From contig JAGXSG010000032.1 in assembly GCA_018333995.1 (NCBI GenBank), forward strand, positions 204 through 64,203: a stretch of DNA of 64,000 nucleotides, read 5' to 3'. This stretch comes from Clostridiales bacterium. Lineage in GTDB: Bacteria > Actinomycetota > Coriobacteriia > Anaerosomatales > SLCP01. This document shows positions 44,898-56,619 of this stretch, in pieces. The stretch's first letter is position 1. Every line of letters begins with the position of its first letter. The translations under genes and the position numbers were made by a program. The notes below the pieces were generated by a model, which had not been told where the DNA came from, did no database searches, and saw only the letters and a list, made by a program, of their open reading frames with translations.

Positions 44898-46268
44898 CTA
44901 AGGCGCGCCCCAATCCTTGCCGACCACGACGAGAATGTCCGTTTGAAACGCGTACATACCACGCGACGGTACCGGTTTTCCCTTGCCGAGCACTCCGGTC
45001 ACAAGTTGCGCCGTCGCCTCACCTCCGGTGCGGTAGACGACGAGCGTCTCATCGTAGACGAACTGATTTGCATTGCCCACTTCGCCCACGTCGAAGCCAT
45101 TAGCTTTCAGACGCGCTGACGCGGCTGCCGCGACGCCAGGCACACCGGCACCATTGTGGATCGTCACGGTAACGCTCGCGGGATCGATGTCTACCGTATC
45201 ATCTTGAACAAGGGTCATGGGTTGTCCGGCCTGCATCCGGGCGGTCATGTCAGCTAGCGCCACGGTGTCGGCGACCACGTACGATGCGCCACCAATCACC
45301 TGCGCCTCTCCCGGAACAACGGCCATATCGACATCGTCGAGCGCTCCAGACAGTGCGCGAGCGACAGCCGCAAGCTGGCCGATGTCCAAATCGGTGTCGA
45401 TGCTGCGCGCACCGGATTCGGCCAGGGACTTGATACGCAGTGGATTGCGTTCCGCTAGCGCCTGCTCAACGAGTGCCCGAAGGAAGATCTGCTGGTTTGC
45501 GATTCGATCGAGATCCTGACGGGGCAGAGAGTACCGCGCCCGAACGAACGTCAGTGCGTGCTTGCCGTCAAGGAGCTGGCGGCCCGCCTCGATGATACGT
45601 GCCTCGGGGTACTCGCTGGCCGCCCTTCGGTCATCGATGCGCATCGGCACGTTGACCCACACTCCGCCAAGCGAATCGACAACGTCTTTGAAACCGTAGA
45701 AATCGATCTCCATGTAGTGGTTGACCGGAACACCGGTCAACTCCTTCACGGTCTCGATCATGAGCGACGCCCCGCCAAGAGAGCCCGCGGCGTTGATCTT
45801 CTTGGTCCCGTGCCCCGGAATCTCGGCGCGCGTGTCCCTGGGTATCGAGAGCATTGCGATCGTCTTGGCTTTCGCATCGATTCGGGCAAGGATAATGGTG
45901 TCAGGTCTTCCCGCGCCCTCACCCTCCCGCCGGTCGGTTCCCAAAATGAGCAGATAAAATGGCTCCCGGCCGAGGTCGCCTGCCGGATCGAGAACGTCAC
46001 GGATACGGGGGTCGCTTGCCAGGCCGCTCTGAAGTCCGGCTCGAACCTGAATGTACGTCACCGACACCGTGATGATCGCGAGTCCAAGTAGCGCCCCGGC
46101 GGCGACGCCCACCATCCGAAGCCGCCTTCGCCTGCGCTGGGCCACACGCGCACGATCGAACACGCTTCGCCTTCGCGATGAGTCGCCCTCTGTTGGCGCC
46201 GCGCCGCGCCTCGTCGCGCCCGGCAATGGATCGCGCACGTAGAGCGGTCGTTTCCACCTTCGTGCCAC
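44898..46268 (-). CDS. LCP (LytR-CpsA-Psr) family glycopolymer ligase, second paralogue
   Basis: Contains LILGTDRREGEGAGRPDTIILARID, SIPRDTRA and a C-terminal LytR_C-like domain. GTG start one base after the upstream stop. Confidence 0.9.
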   Translation of the reverse strand: MARRWKRPLYVRDPLPGATRRGAAPTEGDSSRRRSVFDRARVAQRRRRRLRMVGVAAGALLGLAIITVSVTYIQVRAGLQSGLASDPRIRDVLDPAGDLGREPFYLLILGTDRREGEGAGRPDTIILARIDAKAKTIAMLSIPRDTRAEIPGHGTKKINAAGSLGGASLMIETVKELTGVPVNHYMEIDFYGFKDVVDSLGGVWVNVPMRIDDRRAASEYPEARIIEAGRQLLDGKHALTFVRARYSLPRQDLDRIANQQIFLRALVEQALAERNPLRIKSLAESGARSIDTDLDIGQLAAVARALSGALDDVDMAVVPGEAQVIGGASYVVADTVALADMTARMQAGQPMTLVQDDTVDIDPASVTVTIHNGAGVPGVAAAASARLKANGFDVGEVGNANQFVYDETLVVYRTGGEATAQLVTGVLGKGKPVPSRGMYAFQTDILVVVGKDWGAP

Positions 46269-46269
46269 G

Positions 46270-47565
46270 CTACAGCCGGACCACCTTGTTGTCGTCGAAC
46301 GCGGCGAGCGCGTTGCGAGTGTCGAGTATGAGTCGCGCGTTTCTCACCACGAGGTGGTAGTCGATGTTGTTGTGACTGGTGACCACCACCACCGCGTCAG
46401 TGGCCGCAAGCTCCGACGCGCTGAGTTCTACCGCGGGAACGGGGACACCTCCTGCGGCGAAGGATGCGACGTACGGATCGTGGTAGACGATGTCGGCCTC
46501 CTTCTCCATGAGCAGCTCGGCGATGCGAATGGCCGGAGACTCGCGAACATCATCGATATCCGACTTGTACGCTACACCGAGTAGCAAGATGCGGGCGTCC
46601 GCGAGTGGCTTGCGCTGCGTGTTGAGAGCCTCCATCAGGCGCTTGACCACGTAGTACGGCATGTTCTCGTTGATCTTCCCGGAAAGCTCGATGAACTCGG
46701 TATGAAAATCGTACTCGCGCGCCTTCCATGACAGGTAGAACGGGTCTATCGGAATGCAGTGTCCACCGAGCCCGGGTCCTGGGTAAAACGGCATGAATCC
46801 AAACGGCTTGGTTTTCGCCGCGTCGATGACCTCCCACAAGTTTATGTGCATGCGTTCAGCAAGCATGAGAAGCTCGTTTACGAGCGCGATGTTGACACTG
46901 CGGAAGATGTTTTCCAGCAGTTTGGTCATCTCGGCGGCGCGGGTCGACGACACCGGTATCACACTGTCGATGAATCGTTCGTACAGCGCAACAGCGCGAC
47001 TGGTGCACTCAGGTGTCACGCCACCCACGATTTTTGGCGTGTTCCGGGTGTGATGAACCGGGTTGCCAGGATCCACCCGCTCAGGCGAGAACGCCAGATA
47101 GAGGCTAGATCCCACCTTGAGGCCGGATGTCTCAAGTATCGGCTGGATGACCTCCTCGGTCGTTCCCGGATACGTCGTCGACTCAAGGGTCACCAAGACA
47201 CCGGGTTTGAGATAGGGCGTGATAGAGTTCGCGGCCGCCTCCATGTACGAGGTGTCCGGCTCTTTCATCTCGTTGAGCGGCGTCGGCACGCAGATGACGA
47301 TCACGTCGCACTCCGACGCTCGAGAGAAGTCATCCGTCGCGGAAAGAAGACCCCGCTCAACGAGCGGAGCGAGTGTCTCGGCGGCCACGTCAGGGATGTA
47401 GCTGACGCCCCGGTTGAGGAGGTCGATCCTTTCGGCGGAGACCTCAAACCCCACCACCTTGTGACCAGCCTCCGCCATCTCGACGACGAGCGGCAGGCCC
47501 ACATACCCGAGACCCACCACGCCAAGAACTGAGTTTTCGCCGTAGTACTGCTGACCGTTCACCAT
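46270..47565 (-). CDS. Nucleotide-sugar 6-dehydrogenase (UDP-N-acetylhexosamine dehydrogenase-like: WecC/Cap5O/TviB group)
   Basis: Rossmann motif VVGLGYVGLPL and the catalytic Cys in GPGLGGHCIPIDP. Substrate is not assignable from sequence alone. The ATG at 47565 is preferred over 47580. Confidence 0.85.
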   Translation of the reverse strand: MVNGQQYYGENSVLGVVGLGYVGLPLVVEMAEAGHKVVGFEVSAERIDLLNRGVSYIPDVAAETLAPLVERGLLSATDDFSRASECDVIVICVPTPLNEMKEPDTSYMEAAANSITPYLKPGVLVTLESTTYPGTTEEVIQPILETSGLKVGSSLYLAFSPERVDPGNPVHHTRNTPKIVGGVTPECTSRAVALYERFIDSVIPVSSTRAAEMTKLLENIFRSVNIALVNELLMLAERMHINLWEVIDAAKTKPFGFMPFYPGPGLGGHCIPIDPFYLSWKAREYDFHTEFIELSGKINENMPYYVVKRLMEALNTQRKPLADARILLLGVAYKSDIDDVRESPAIRIAELLMEKEADIVYHDPYVASFAAGGVPVPAVELSASELAATDAVVVVTSHNNIDYHLVVRNARLILDTRNALAAFDDNKVVRL

Positions 47566-47620
47566 CGCCAAGCCTCTCATGTCATGTCCGCAACTCGGTG
47601 CTGCGCGAAGTACAACCGTG

Positions 47621-48061
47621 TCATTGTATAGCGAACATCAACTCGCCGACGCACGCGGCCACTCCATCGACCGTAGCGACGGCTTCTCCAAAGCCGATCG
47701 GCCCCTTGCGTCTGGTGATCTTCACCTCGAGACGGAGGGTGTCTCCGGGGCGAACCTGCCGCTTGAATCGCACCTTCTCGATTCCTGCGAAAAGCACGAG
47801 CTTTCCCCTGTTCTCCTCGACGGACAGCATCGCGACCGCTCCTACCTGGGCGAGGGCCTCTACGATGAGAACGCCCGGCATGACCGGATAATCGGGGAAG
47901 TGGCCGGGCGCCCAGTAAGCTTCGGCTGTCACATCGAGGTAGCCGACAGCGCTCTCGCCCGGAACAAGCTCTTCGACTCGGTCGATCAACAGAAATGGAT
48001 CACGGTGAGGAATGATCTCGCGTATCGCATGGGCGTCTAGCATCTGAGTCCTTTCGGTCAT
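47621..48061 (-). CDS. fabZ: 3-hydroxyacyl-ACP dehydratase FabZ
   Basis: Contains [13 protein letters not shown] and [19 protein letters not shown]. The ATG overlaps the murA stop (ATGA). Confidence 0.9.
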   Translation of the reverse strand: MTERTQMLDAHAIREIIPHRDPFLLIDRVEELVPGESAVGYLDVTAEAYWAPGHFPDYPVMPGVLIVEALAQVGAVAMLSVEENRGKLVLFAGIEKVRFKRQVRPGDTLRLEVKITRRKGPIGFGEAVATVDGVAACVGELMFAIQ

Positions 48062-49332
48062 CTGCCCGTCCGAATGTCGGCGCCAAGCGCCGCAAGCTTG
48101 TCGACGAAACCTTCGTACCCTCTGAGGATATGCTGCGTGTCGCCGATCTCGCTCTCGCCTTCAGCCACAAGTGCGGCCAGCGCAAGAGCTGCTCCGGCAC
48201 GCAGATCTGGACAGAGCACCGGCGCACCCGAGAGTCCCCGGACCCCTTTGACGAGCGCGTGGTGACCCTCGATACGGATGCTGGCCCCCATACGTACCAG
48301 CTCTCCGGCGAACATGAAACGGTTCTCAAACACGTTCTCAGTGATCACACAGTCACCGTCGGCAATCGCCATGAGGGCCATGAACTGCGGTTGCATATCC
48401 GTCGGGAATCCTGGAAACGGCAGCGTCTGAATGTCCACAGCACGCAACGGGCCCGACCGCGACACGGTCACGGCGTCGGCCTCAGACACGACTGTGCACC
48501 CCGCCTGCTCGAGTTTCATCAGCACCATCTCAATGTGCGCGGGATCTATGCCCGTCACACGTACGGAGCCTCCCGTGATGGCACCGGCCATGAGGTACGT
48601 TGCCCCCTCGATGCGGTCGCCGATCACGCGGTGACGCGCCGGTGCGAGGCTCTCGACACCCTTAACCTCGATGGTTGCGCTCCCCGCGCCACTGATGCGG
48701 GCTCCCATCGCCGAGAGAAACTGGGCCAAGTCGACGATCTCCGGCTCGCGTGCCGCGTTGTCGATTACCGTCGTGCCCTCCGCGAGAACTGACGCCATGA
48801 GAAGATTCTCCGTAGCTCCCACGCTCGGAAACTCAAGCACCACATGGGCGCCACGCATCCCGCCGGGGGCGCTGGCGACGATATTTCCGTGGTCAAGCGT
48901 GAAAGACACTCCCAGCGAACGCAAACCGCTGATGTGCATGTCCACTTTGCGTGATCCGATATTGCAGCCCCCTGGCATCGCCACACTGGCGTGACCGAGA
49001 CGGGCAACGAGCGGTCCGAGCACGGAGATAGACGCGCGCATCCGCGAGACCATGTCGTAGGGCGCCTCGACCGAGGTGAGTACCGTCGCGTCAATCGTGA
49101 CGATATCGCCATCTCGCTCGACTAGTGCGCCGAGTCCCGAGATGACCTCGACCATCGTGTCAACGTCGCTGATATCCGGCACGTTCTCGATGTGCGAGAC
49201 TCCCGGCGCCAGAAGTGCGGCGGCCAGCAGCTTGAGTGCCGAGTTTTTCGCTCCTGATGCGGCAACTTCGCCGGAAACGTGCGCGCCGCCTCTGATGATG
49301 ATGGGCTCCAACTCTGAGCTCAATCCTTCCAA
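48058..49332 (-). CDS. murA: UDP-N-acetylglucosamine 1-carboxyvinyltransferase
   Basis: Contains [26 protein letters not shown], the active-site Cys in [13 protein letters not shown], and FPGFPTDMQ. The exact TTG start is uncertain. Confidence 0.95.
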   Translation of the reverse strand: MEGLSSELEPIIIRGGAHVSGEVAASGAKNSALKLLAAALLAPGVSHIENVPDISDVDTMVEVISGLGALVERDGDIVTIDATVLTSVEAPYDMVSRMRASISVLGPLVARLGHASVAMPGGCNIGSRKVDMHISGLRSLGVSFTLDHGNIVASAPGGMRGAHVVLEFPSVGATENLLMASVLAEGTTVIDNAAREPEIVDLAQFLSAMGARISGAGSATIEVKGVESLAPARHRVIGDRIEGATYLMAGAITGGSVRVTGIDPAHIEMVLMKLEQAGCTVVSEADAVTVSRSGPLRAVDIQTLPFPGFPTDMQPQFMALMAIADGDCVITENVFENRFMFAGELVRMGASIRIEGHHALVKGVRGLSGAPVLCPDLRAGAALALAALVAEGESEIGDTQHILRGYEGFVDKLAALGADIRTGR

Positions 49333-49433
49333 CTCCCGGTTCTCACCTGCTCCTAATCACAACCGTAGTGTAGTCCGGACAACTACTCAACAGCTTGCCC
49401 TCGGACGTCATGCGACGGTAACGGGAACGCGAA

Positions 49434-49463
49434 GGGCGGCGACCGCTCGCGCGTCCGCCGCCC
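49434..49463 (-). terminator. Candidate terminator hairpin after atpC
   Basis: 8-bp GC stem GGGCGGCG/CGCCGCCC with a 14-nt loop. On the minus strand it is followed by UUCGCGUUCCCGUU, a weak U tract. Confidence 0.3.
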
Positions 49464-49485
49464 GAAGTCGATACCGCGGCGTTCG

Positions 49486-49902
49486 CTACGTTGCCTTCTT
49501 GGCCGCCTTGAGCTGAGCCTCGCACCACTTCAGATCCGCAACGCACGCGTTGATCTCTCCCTCGGCGTCCGAGGAGAGCTCACTCATGCGCTGTCGTGTG
49601 TGCTCGATAGCCTGCCGGGCACGCTCGACATCGATCTGGGAAGATGCCGCGGCCTGATCGGCAAGTACGATCACTTTGTCCAAGTGAACTTGGATGTATC
49701 CGCCCGAGATCGCGAACCACTCGACCTTGCCATCGTCGTACATTACGCGGATCTCACCCGGATCAAGGGCGCTCACGAGCGGAGCGTGTAGCGGCAGGAT
49801 GCCGATCTCGCCATCGATCGTGGGGGCGACGACCATCCGCACTTCGTTCGTGTAGACGATGCGCTCGGGTGTAACAATCTCGCACAGGAGGGTGCGTTCC
49901 AT
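49486..49902 (-). CDS. atpC: F1 ATP synthase subunit epsilon
   Basis: MERTLLCEIVTPERIVY... is a typical epsilon N-terminus. The ATG at 49902 is preferred over the TTG at 49914. Confidence 0.9.
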   Translation of the reverse strand: MERTLLCEIVTPERIVYTNEVRMVVAPTIDGEIGILPLHAPLVSALDPGEIRVMYDDGKVEWFAISGGYIQVHLDKVIVLADQAAASSQIDVERARQAIEHTRQRMSELSSDAEGEINACVADLKWCEAQLKAAKKAT

Positions 49903-49919
49903 GTGGCCCGTCAACCTCC

Positions 49920-51356
<1,437 letters not shown>

Positions 51357-52238
51357 CTACTCCTCCAGTGCCGCCGCGCCGCCCACGATCTCGGCGATCT
51401 CATTGGTGATCGCAGCCTGGCGGGCGCGGTTGTAACTGCGCGTCAGGCTCGTGATCATCTCTGACGCGTTGTCTGTGGCCGACTTCATCGCGGTTCGCCT
51501 CGCGCCGTGCTCTGACGCGGCCGACTCCATGAGCGCTCTGAAGACGAGCGTCTCGACGTAGGTCGGAAGAAGACGCTCGAGCACACTCACGGCGTCGGGC
51601 TCGAAAGTGTACTCGGCGCTCACGTCCGCGCCCTCGGCGGCGTCATCAACAACGCGGCGCTCAATGGGCAGGAGCTGGTGGATCTCCGGCCTCTGCTCGG
51701 CCACGCTCTTGAAGCGATTGAATACCACGTATACGCCGTCAATTTCCTCGGCCGAAAATGAGCCGATCACGTGTGATGCGATGGCCTTGGCGTCAGCGAA
51801 CGTGGGCTTGTCCGAGATGTCGCGGAAAGTCGCGAGCGGCTCGATGCCCCGGTACTTGAAGTACCCCGCGGCCTTCTTGCCAACCGCGATCACGTCAACC
51901 TCGACGCCGCGCGCACGTTCCTCACTGATGACGCCTTCGGTAATGCGGAGGATATTGCTGTTGAACGCCCCGGCAAGACCGCGGTCCGACGTGACCGAGA
52001 TGAGCACCACGCGTTCACGCTTTCCATGCCGCTCGAGGAGAGGGTGCTCCGCGCCCTTGGCGTAACGGGCAACATTGCCGAGCACCTCCATCATCGAGAT
52101 GGCGTACGGCCGAGCTGCTTCAATCTTCTCCTGGGCTTTCTTGATCTTGGCGGTCGCGACCATCTCCATGGTGCGCGTGATCTGGCGGGTCGATTCGACG
52201 CTGCCGATCCTCTTTTTGATGTCGCGAAGATTGGGCAT
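51357..52238 (-). CDS. atpG: F1 ATP synthase subunit gamma
   Basis: MPNLRDIKKRIGSVESTRQITRTMEMVA... and the C-terminal ITNEIAEIVGGAAAL. Confidence 0.95.
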   Translation of the reverse strand: MPNLRDIKKRIGSVESTRQITRTMEMVATAKIKKAQEKIEAARPYAISMMEVLGNVARYAKGAEHPLLERHGKRERVVLISVTSDRGLAGAFNSNILRITEGVISEERARGVEVDVIAVGKKAAGYFKYRGIEPLATFRDISDKPTFADAKAIASHVIGSFSAEEIDGVYVVFNRFKSVAEQRPEIHQLLPIERRVVDDAAEGADVSAEYTFEPDAVSVLERLLPTYVETLVFRALMESAASEHGARRTAMKSATDNASEMITSLTRSYNRARQAAITNEIAEIVGGAAALEE

Positions 52239-52247
52239 GCCCGGCCC

Positions 52248-53810
52248 CTAGCTCGCCGAGAACGAAGCGGAGAACTCTCTGATCGCTTCTGCAAGCTTCT
52301 CGGAGGTCTCGTCCGACAGGACCTTCTCGTCCCGGATCGCCGCGGCGATGTCCGGGTACGCGCTCGCCACGAACTCAAGCAGCCCTTCCCGGAAGCGCTG
52401 GATGTCCTCGACCGCGATATCGTCGAGAAACCCCTTGGTTCCGGCGAAGATTGCGATGACTTGCTGGTCCACCGGATACGGAACGTACTGTCCCTGCTTG
52501 AGGAGCTCAACGAGGCGTGCGCCGCGGTTGAGCGTGGACTGGGTCGACTTGTCGAGGTCTGAGCCAAACTGCGCGAACGCCGCGAGCTCGCGGTATTGCG
52601 CAAGATCGAGACGCAGTGAGCCCGCGACCTGTTTCATCGCTTTGATCTGCGCGTTGCCACCTACTCGGGAAACCGAAATCCCCACGTTGATGGCGGGGCG
52701 CACACCCTGGTAGAAGAGGTCAGTCTGCAGGAATATCTGGCCGTCGGTAATCGAGATGACATTGGTCGGGATGTAAGCCGACACGTCACCAGCTTGCGTC
52801 TCGATGACGGGTAGCGCGGTGAGCGAACCAGCGCCGTTCTCATCCGACATTTTGACCGCACGCTCGAGCAGACGGCTGTGCAGATAAAAGACGTCACCCG
52901 GATATGCCTCGCGACCCGGAGGCCGACGCAATGTGAGCGACATCTGGCGGTACGCGACAGCCTGCTTGGAGAGGTCATCGTAGATGCAGAGCACGTGGCG
53001 GCCCGGGTTGTCCTTGCTCGCGGGCTTCCCGTCTTCGCCGTTGTACATGAAGTACTCGCCCATCGCGCATCCGCCCATCGGGGCGATGTACTGAAGCGGG
53101 GCGGGATCAGCCGCGGTCGCCGAGACGACGATCGTGTACTCCATGGCCCCGTAGCGATCGAGCGTCTCAACAACACTCGCCACGGTGGAGGCCTTCTGGC
53201 CGACCGCAACGTAGACGCAGATGACGTCGTTGCCCTTCTGGTTGATGATCGTGTCGATGGCGACAGCGGTCTTGCCCGTCTGACGGTCGCCGATTATGAG
53301 CTCGCGCTGCCCTCGTCCGATCGGGATCATGGCGTCGATAGCCATAATGCCTGTCTGCATCGGCTGATGCACTGGCTGGCGCTCGATGACGCCCGGCGCC
53401 CTGAATTCGAGTGGACGGTACCCCTCGGCGGCGATAGGTCCCTTGCCGTCAAGCGGCTCGCCGAGCGGATTGACGATACGGCCGAGCATGGCTTTGCCGG
53501 CAGGAACCGACACGACGCGTCCCGTGGTTCGCACGGTATCGTTTGCCTTGATGAGGGTGGTGTCACCCATCAACACGGCACCAACCTCGTGTACTTCGAG
53601 GTTGAGCGCCATGCCGTACACGACTTCGCCGCCCTCGCCCGCGAACTCCAGCAGCTCGCCGGCCATCGCGCCACGCAAACCATCGACGCGAGCAATACCG
53701 TCACCGAGCTGGATGACCGTGCCGACCTCGCGCACGTCGACCTCGGCCTGAAAGCGCTCCAGCTGCGCTTTCAGTACATCATTGATGGCGCTTGCGGTGA
53801 TCTCAGGCAC
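52248..53810 (-). CDS. atpA: F1 ATP synthase subunit alpha
   Basis: Walker [13 protein letters not shown] start at 53810 (GGGAGGTG RBS) overlaps the atpH stop. The 623-aa longest ORF is a read-through into atpH. Confidence 0.95.
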   Translation of the reverse strand: MPEITASAINDVLKAQLERFQAEVDVREVGTVIQLGDGIARVDGLRGAMAGELLEFAGEGGEVVYGMALNLEVHEVGAVLMGDTTLIKANDTVRTTGRVVSVPAGKAMLGRIVNPLGEPLDGKGPIAAEGYRPLEFRAPGVIERQPVHQPMQTGIMAIDAMIPIGRGQRELIIGDRQTGKTAVAIDTIINQKGNDVICVYVAVGQKASTVASVVETLDRYGAMEYTIVVSATAADPAPLQYIAPMGGCAMGEYFMYNGEDGKPASKDNPGRHVLCIYDDLSKQAVAYRQMSLTLRRPPGREAYPGDVFYLHSRLLERAVKMSDENGAGSLTALPVIETQAGDVSAYIPTNVISITDGQIFLQTDLFYQGVRPAINVGISVSRVGGNAQIKAMKQVAGSLRLDLAQYRELAAFAQFGSDLDKSTQSTLNRGARLVELLKQGQYVPYPVDQQVIAIFAGTKGFLDDIAVEDIQRFREGLLEFVASAYPDIAAAIRDEKVLSDETSEKLAEAIREFSASFSAS

Positions 53811-54369
53811 CTTGCGCCTCACCTCCCTGCGATGCGGCAGACAGCGCCACGCGCACAGCTCCAAGCTGAGACGCCAGGCTTCCGTCGAGTACGCGGCCTG
53901 CGACTTTGATGACGACTCCGCCGACGATCGAAGCATCAACCCGCTCACGCAGCGTGACGGGGCGCTCGAGCGAGGCGACGAGCTTTTGTGTGATTGACGC
54001 GCGCAACGCGTCGTCCAGCGGCAGTGCGGTCGTGACCTCGGCCACGACAACGTCCCTCTCCGCCTCGGCGATCTGGCCGAATACGCGAGCCATCTCGTCG
54101 AGGACGCCGGTGTTGCCACGCTCTACGGCGAGCGTGACCACCAAGACGACCTCTGGGGCGATTGCGGCACCGAAGATCTCGCGCAAAATCTCACGCTTCT
54201 TCTGTGCGGGTACACCTGCGTCCGCAAGTGTGTTACGCAGGTCGATATGACCACGAACGGCTCCGGCCACGGTGCGCAAGCCCTCGTCGGCCGCGTCGAC
54301 CGCGTCGGCGGCGCAGGCGAGGTCGAAGAGGACCCGGGCATAGGTCCTTGCGATCTCGCTAGTTGTCAT
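53803..54369 (-). CDS. atpH: F1 ATP synthase subunit delta (OSCP)
   Basis: Position between atpF and atpA. Contains [12 protein letters not shown]... and ...[12 protein letters not shown]..., the OSCP pattern. Confidence 0.85.
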   Translation of the reverse strand: MTTSEIARTYARVLFDLACAADAVDAADEGLRTVAGAVRGHIDLRNTLADAGVPAQKKREILREIFGAAIAPEVVLVVTLAVERGNTGVLDEMARVFGQIAEAERDVVVAEVTTALPLDDALRASITQKLVASLERPVTLRERVDASIVGGVVIKVAGRVLDGSLASQLGAVRVALSAASQGGEAQGA

Positions 54370-54901
54370 TGAGGCTCCCCACTTCGGAGAGGTACCGATC
54401 GATCAGCGCGGCGTGATCGGCCGCGGAAAGCTTCTCGCCTATGAGCTTGCCGGCTACCGCCACCGAGAGATCGGCCACGGATGCCTGAAGCTCAGCCATC
54501 GCTGCCTTCTTCTCGGACTCGATCGCCTCGCGGGCCTTCACGAGCATCTCAGACGCTTCGGCGTTGGCCTTCGCGACGATCTCTTCCTTCATCGACTCGG
54601 CGACCTTGCGGCCCTGCTCGATGACCTTACCGGCCTCAGCGCGCGCCTCGGCCATCTGCACCTTGTACTCCTCGAGCAGGCGTTCCGCCTCGACCTTGGT
54701 CTCCTCAGCGCGCTCGAGCGACTCGCGGATCGTGTCGGCACGCTTCTCAAGCATGTTGCCGATCGGACCAAAAGCGAGCTTCTTGAGCAAGAAGAACAAG
54801 ATGAGAAACGCGATGATCGACGGCCAGATCTCTGCGAGAACCGGCACGACAGAGATCGCGGGCCCGCTCTCCTCAGCTGCGTATGCAACTCCTACAAACA
54901 T
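54359..54901 (-). CDS. atpF: F0 ATP synthase subunit b
   Basis: A single N-terminal TM segment is followed by a long charged helix rich in A/E/K. GGAGGT RBS. Operon position supports the call. Confidence 0.85.
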   Translation of the reverse strand: MFVGVAYAAEESGPAISVVPVLAEIWPSIIAFLILFFLLKKLAFGPIGNMLEKRADTIRESLERAEETKVEAERLLEEYKVQMAEARAEAGKVIEQGRKVAESMKEEIVAKANAEASEMLVKAREAIESEKKAAMAELQASVADLSVAVAGKLIGEKLSAADHAALIDRYLSEVGSLNDN

Positions 54902-54937
54902 GGCTCTCTTACCTCCACTCTCGCGGTGAACGGCCGC

Positions 54938-55252
<315 letters not shown>

Positions 55253-56059
55253 CTAGTGGTCGTCAGCGTGAAGCGCACCGCCGATGTAGACCGAGGTAAG
55301 GAGCGCGAACACATACGCCTGGATAAACGCGACGAAAAGCTTGAAGGCGTACATGATGAGCAGCATGACCGTGCTCAGTCCCGCGATCGCGAAACCGCCC
55401 GCATTGAGCTGAGCGACTCCCAAAATGACGAAGATGCCAAAGATACCGAGAATCATGCCTCCGGCGAACATGTTCGCAAAAAGACGCACGGCAAGCGTGA
55501 GCGGCCTGAGAAAGTGCCCGACAACCTCGAGGACGAAAACGAACATCCCAAGTGGAAGCTTGGCGCCCCAGCCCATCTCCCGGATTCCTGAGGGGATGAG
55601 GGTCTTGAGGTAGCCGATAAATCCGTACTTACGAAAACCGATGTAGTTGTAGAGCACGAAGACCATCACCGCGAAGGTGGCGGTCACGCCGATTGTCCCA
55701 GTGCCCGGCATCGCTCCCGGGATGAGACCGACCAAGTTACTAAAAAGGATGAAGAAGAAGAGGGTCGCGATGAACGGGGCGTACTTCGGACCCTCCTTGC
55801 CCATCGCGTCATTGCACATGTTGCGGATGAACTCGTATCCCGCCTCTGCGATGTTACCGAGTCCAGAAGGAACGAGCGCGAGCTTGCGCGTGGCCATCAG
55901 CATGAAGCCGAGGGTGAGAAGGAACGAAACGATTAGGAAGAAGATATAGTTCGTCAGCACGAACGCCTCGGCTGTATCGACCGTGCCGTACAGGTCGTTC
56001 CAAGGCAGCACCGCATAGTGGTGGAGCTTGGACGCGAGCTTGTCAGAGAAGCCTTCCAC
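55253..56059 (-). CDS. atpB: F0 ATP synthase subunit a
   Basis: Essential Arg region LTLAVRLFANMFAGG. GTG start with a GAAGGAGGAAGG RBS. Confidence 0.9.
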   Translation of the reverse strand: MEGFSDKLASKLHHYAVLPWNDLYGTVDTAEAFVLTNYIFFLIVSFLLTLGFMLMATRKLALVPSGLGNIAEAGYEFIRNMCNDAMGKEGPKYAPFIATLFFFILFSNLVGLIPGAMPGTGTIGVTATFAVMVFVLYNYIGFRKYGFIGYLKTLIPSGIREMGWGAKLPLGMFVFVLEVVGHFLRPLTLAVRLFANMFAGGMILGIFGIFVILGVAQLNAGGFAIAGLSTVMLLIMYAFKLFVAFIQAYVFALLTSVYIGGALHADDH

Positions 56060-56075
56060 GCGTTTCCTTCCTCCT

Positions 56076-56468
56076 TCACCTGGAACGGACGAGAACCCTG
56101 CCGTACCTCGTCAGTTCGATGGCGTACAGAACGAGAAAGCCGCCCGCCACTCCTGCGGCGAACGGCACGAACCCATCCGGGACGAAATGCCTGTAGGCAA
56201 AGAGGACGCCTGCGGCGATCGCCATCCGCGCGAAGAGCGACACGGCGGCGAGAGCAAGTCCGGCCTCGGGGTTTTCCGGTGTCATGGCCTTGAAACTTGC
56301 GCGCGACGACAGCACGAGCGCGGCACCGATGCCGACGCCCAGCACTGCGGCGACGGCCCAGTGAGCGAGCAGTGTCAAAACGCTATCCACAAGTGCGGGA
56401 GACAGAGACCATACCCCCTGATATGACACCAGAACCGGTCGACCGGGACGCAGCGCGCTCACCCACAA
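56076..56468 (-). CDS. Small membrane protein at the atpI position (ATP synthase protein I-like)
   Basis: About 4 TM segments, located immediately upstream of atpB. The start codon is unresolved. The assignment is by position only. Confidence 0.45.
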   Translation of the reverse strand: MWVSALRPGRPVLVSYQGVWSLSPALVDSVLTLLAHWAVAAVLGVGIGAALVLSSRASFKAMTPENPEAGLALAAVSLFARMAIAAGVLFAYRHFVPDGFVPFAAGVAGGFLVLYAIELTRYGRVLVRSR

Positions 56469-56619
56469 GAAAGCCCGTTAGCCTGTGCGTGCCGGCACAC
56501 GGTCACGGATGTCGCTCGTGCTGGAGCCCCGGAAAGCGGCCCTATCGTACACGAACCCCAGCACCAGAACAAGCGCACGATTCAGTTAAGAAGTGACACG
56601 CCCTAAACCGGCGACCCGC

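Noticed and set aside
53811-54119. N-terminal extension of atpA (623-aa ORF) overlapping atpH.
   Set aside because: The GTG at 53810 has a GGGAGGTG RBS and overlaps the atpH stop. It gives an alpha subunit of normal length. The extension is an out-of-frame read of atpH.
56489-56498. 10-bp perfect palindrome GTGCCGGCAC upstream of the atpI-like gene, considered as a possible operator.
   Set aside because: A short GC palindrome is expected by chance in GC-rich DNA. I saw no second copy and no flanking half-site extension.
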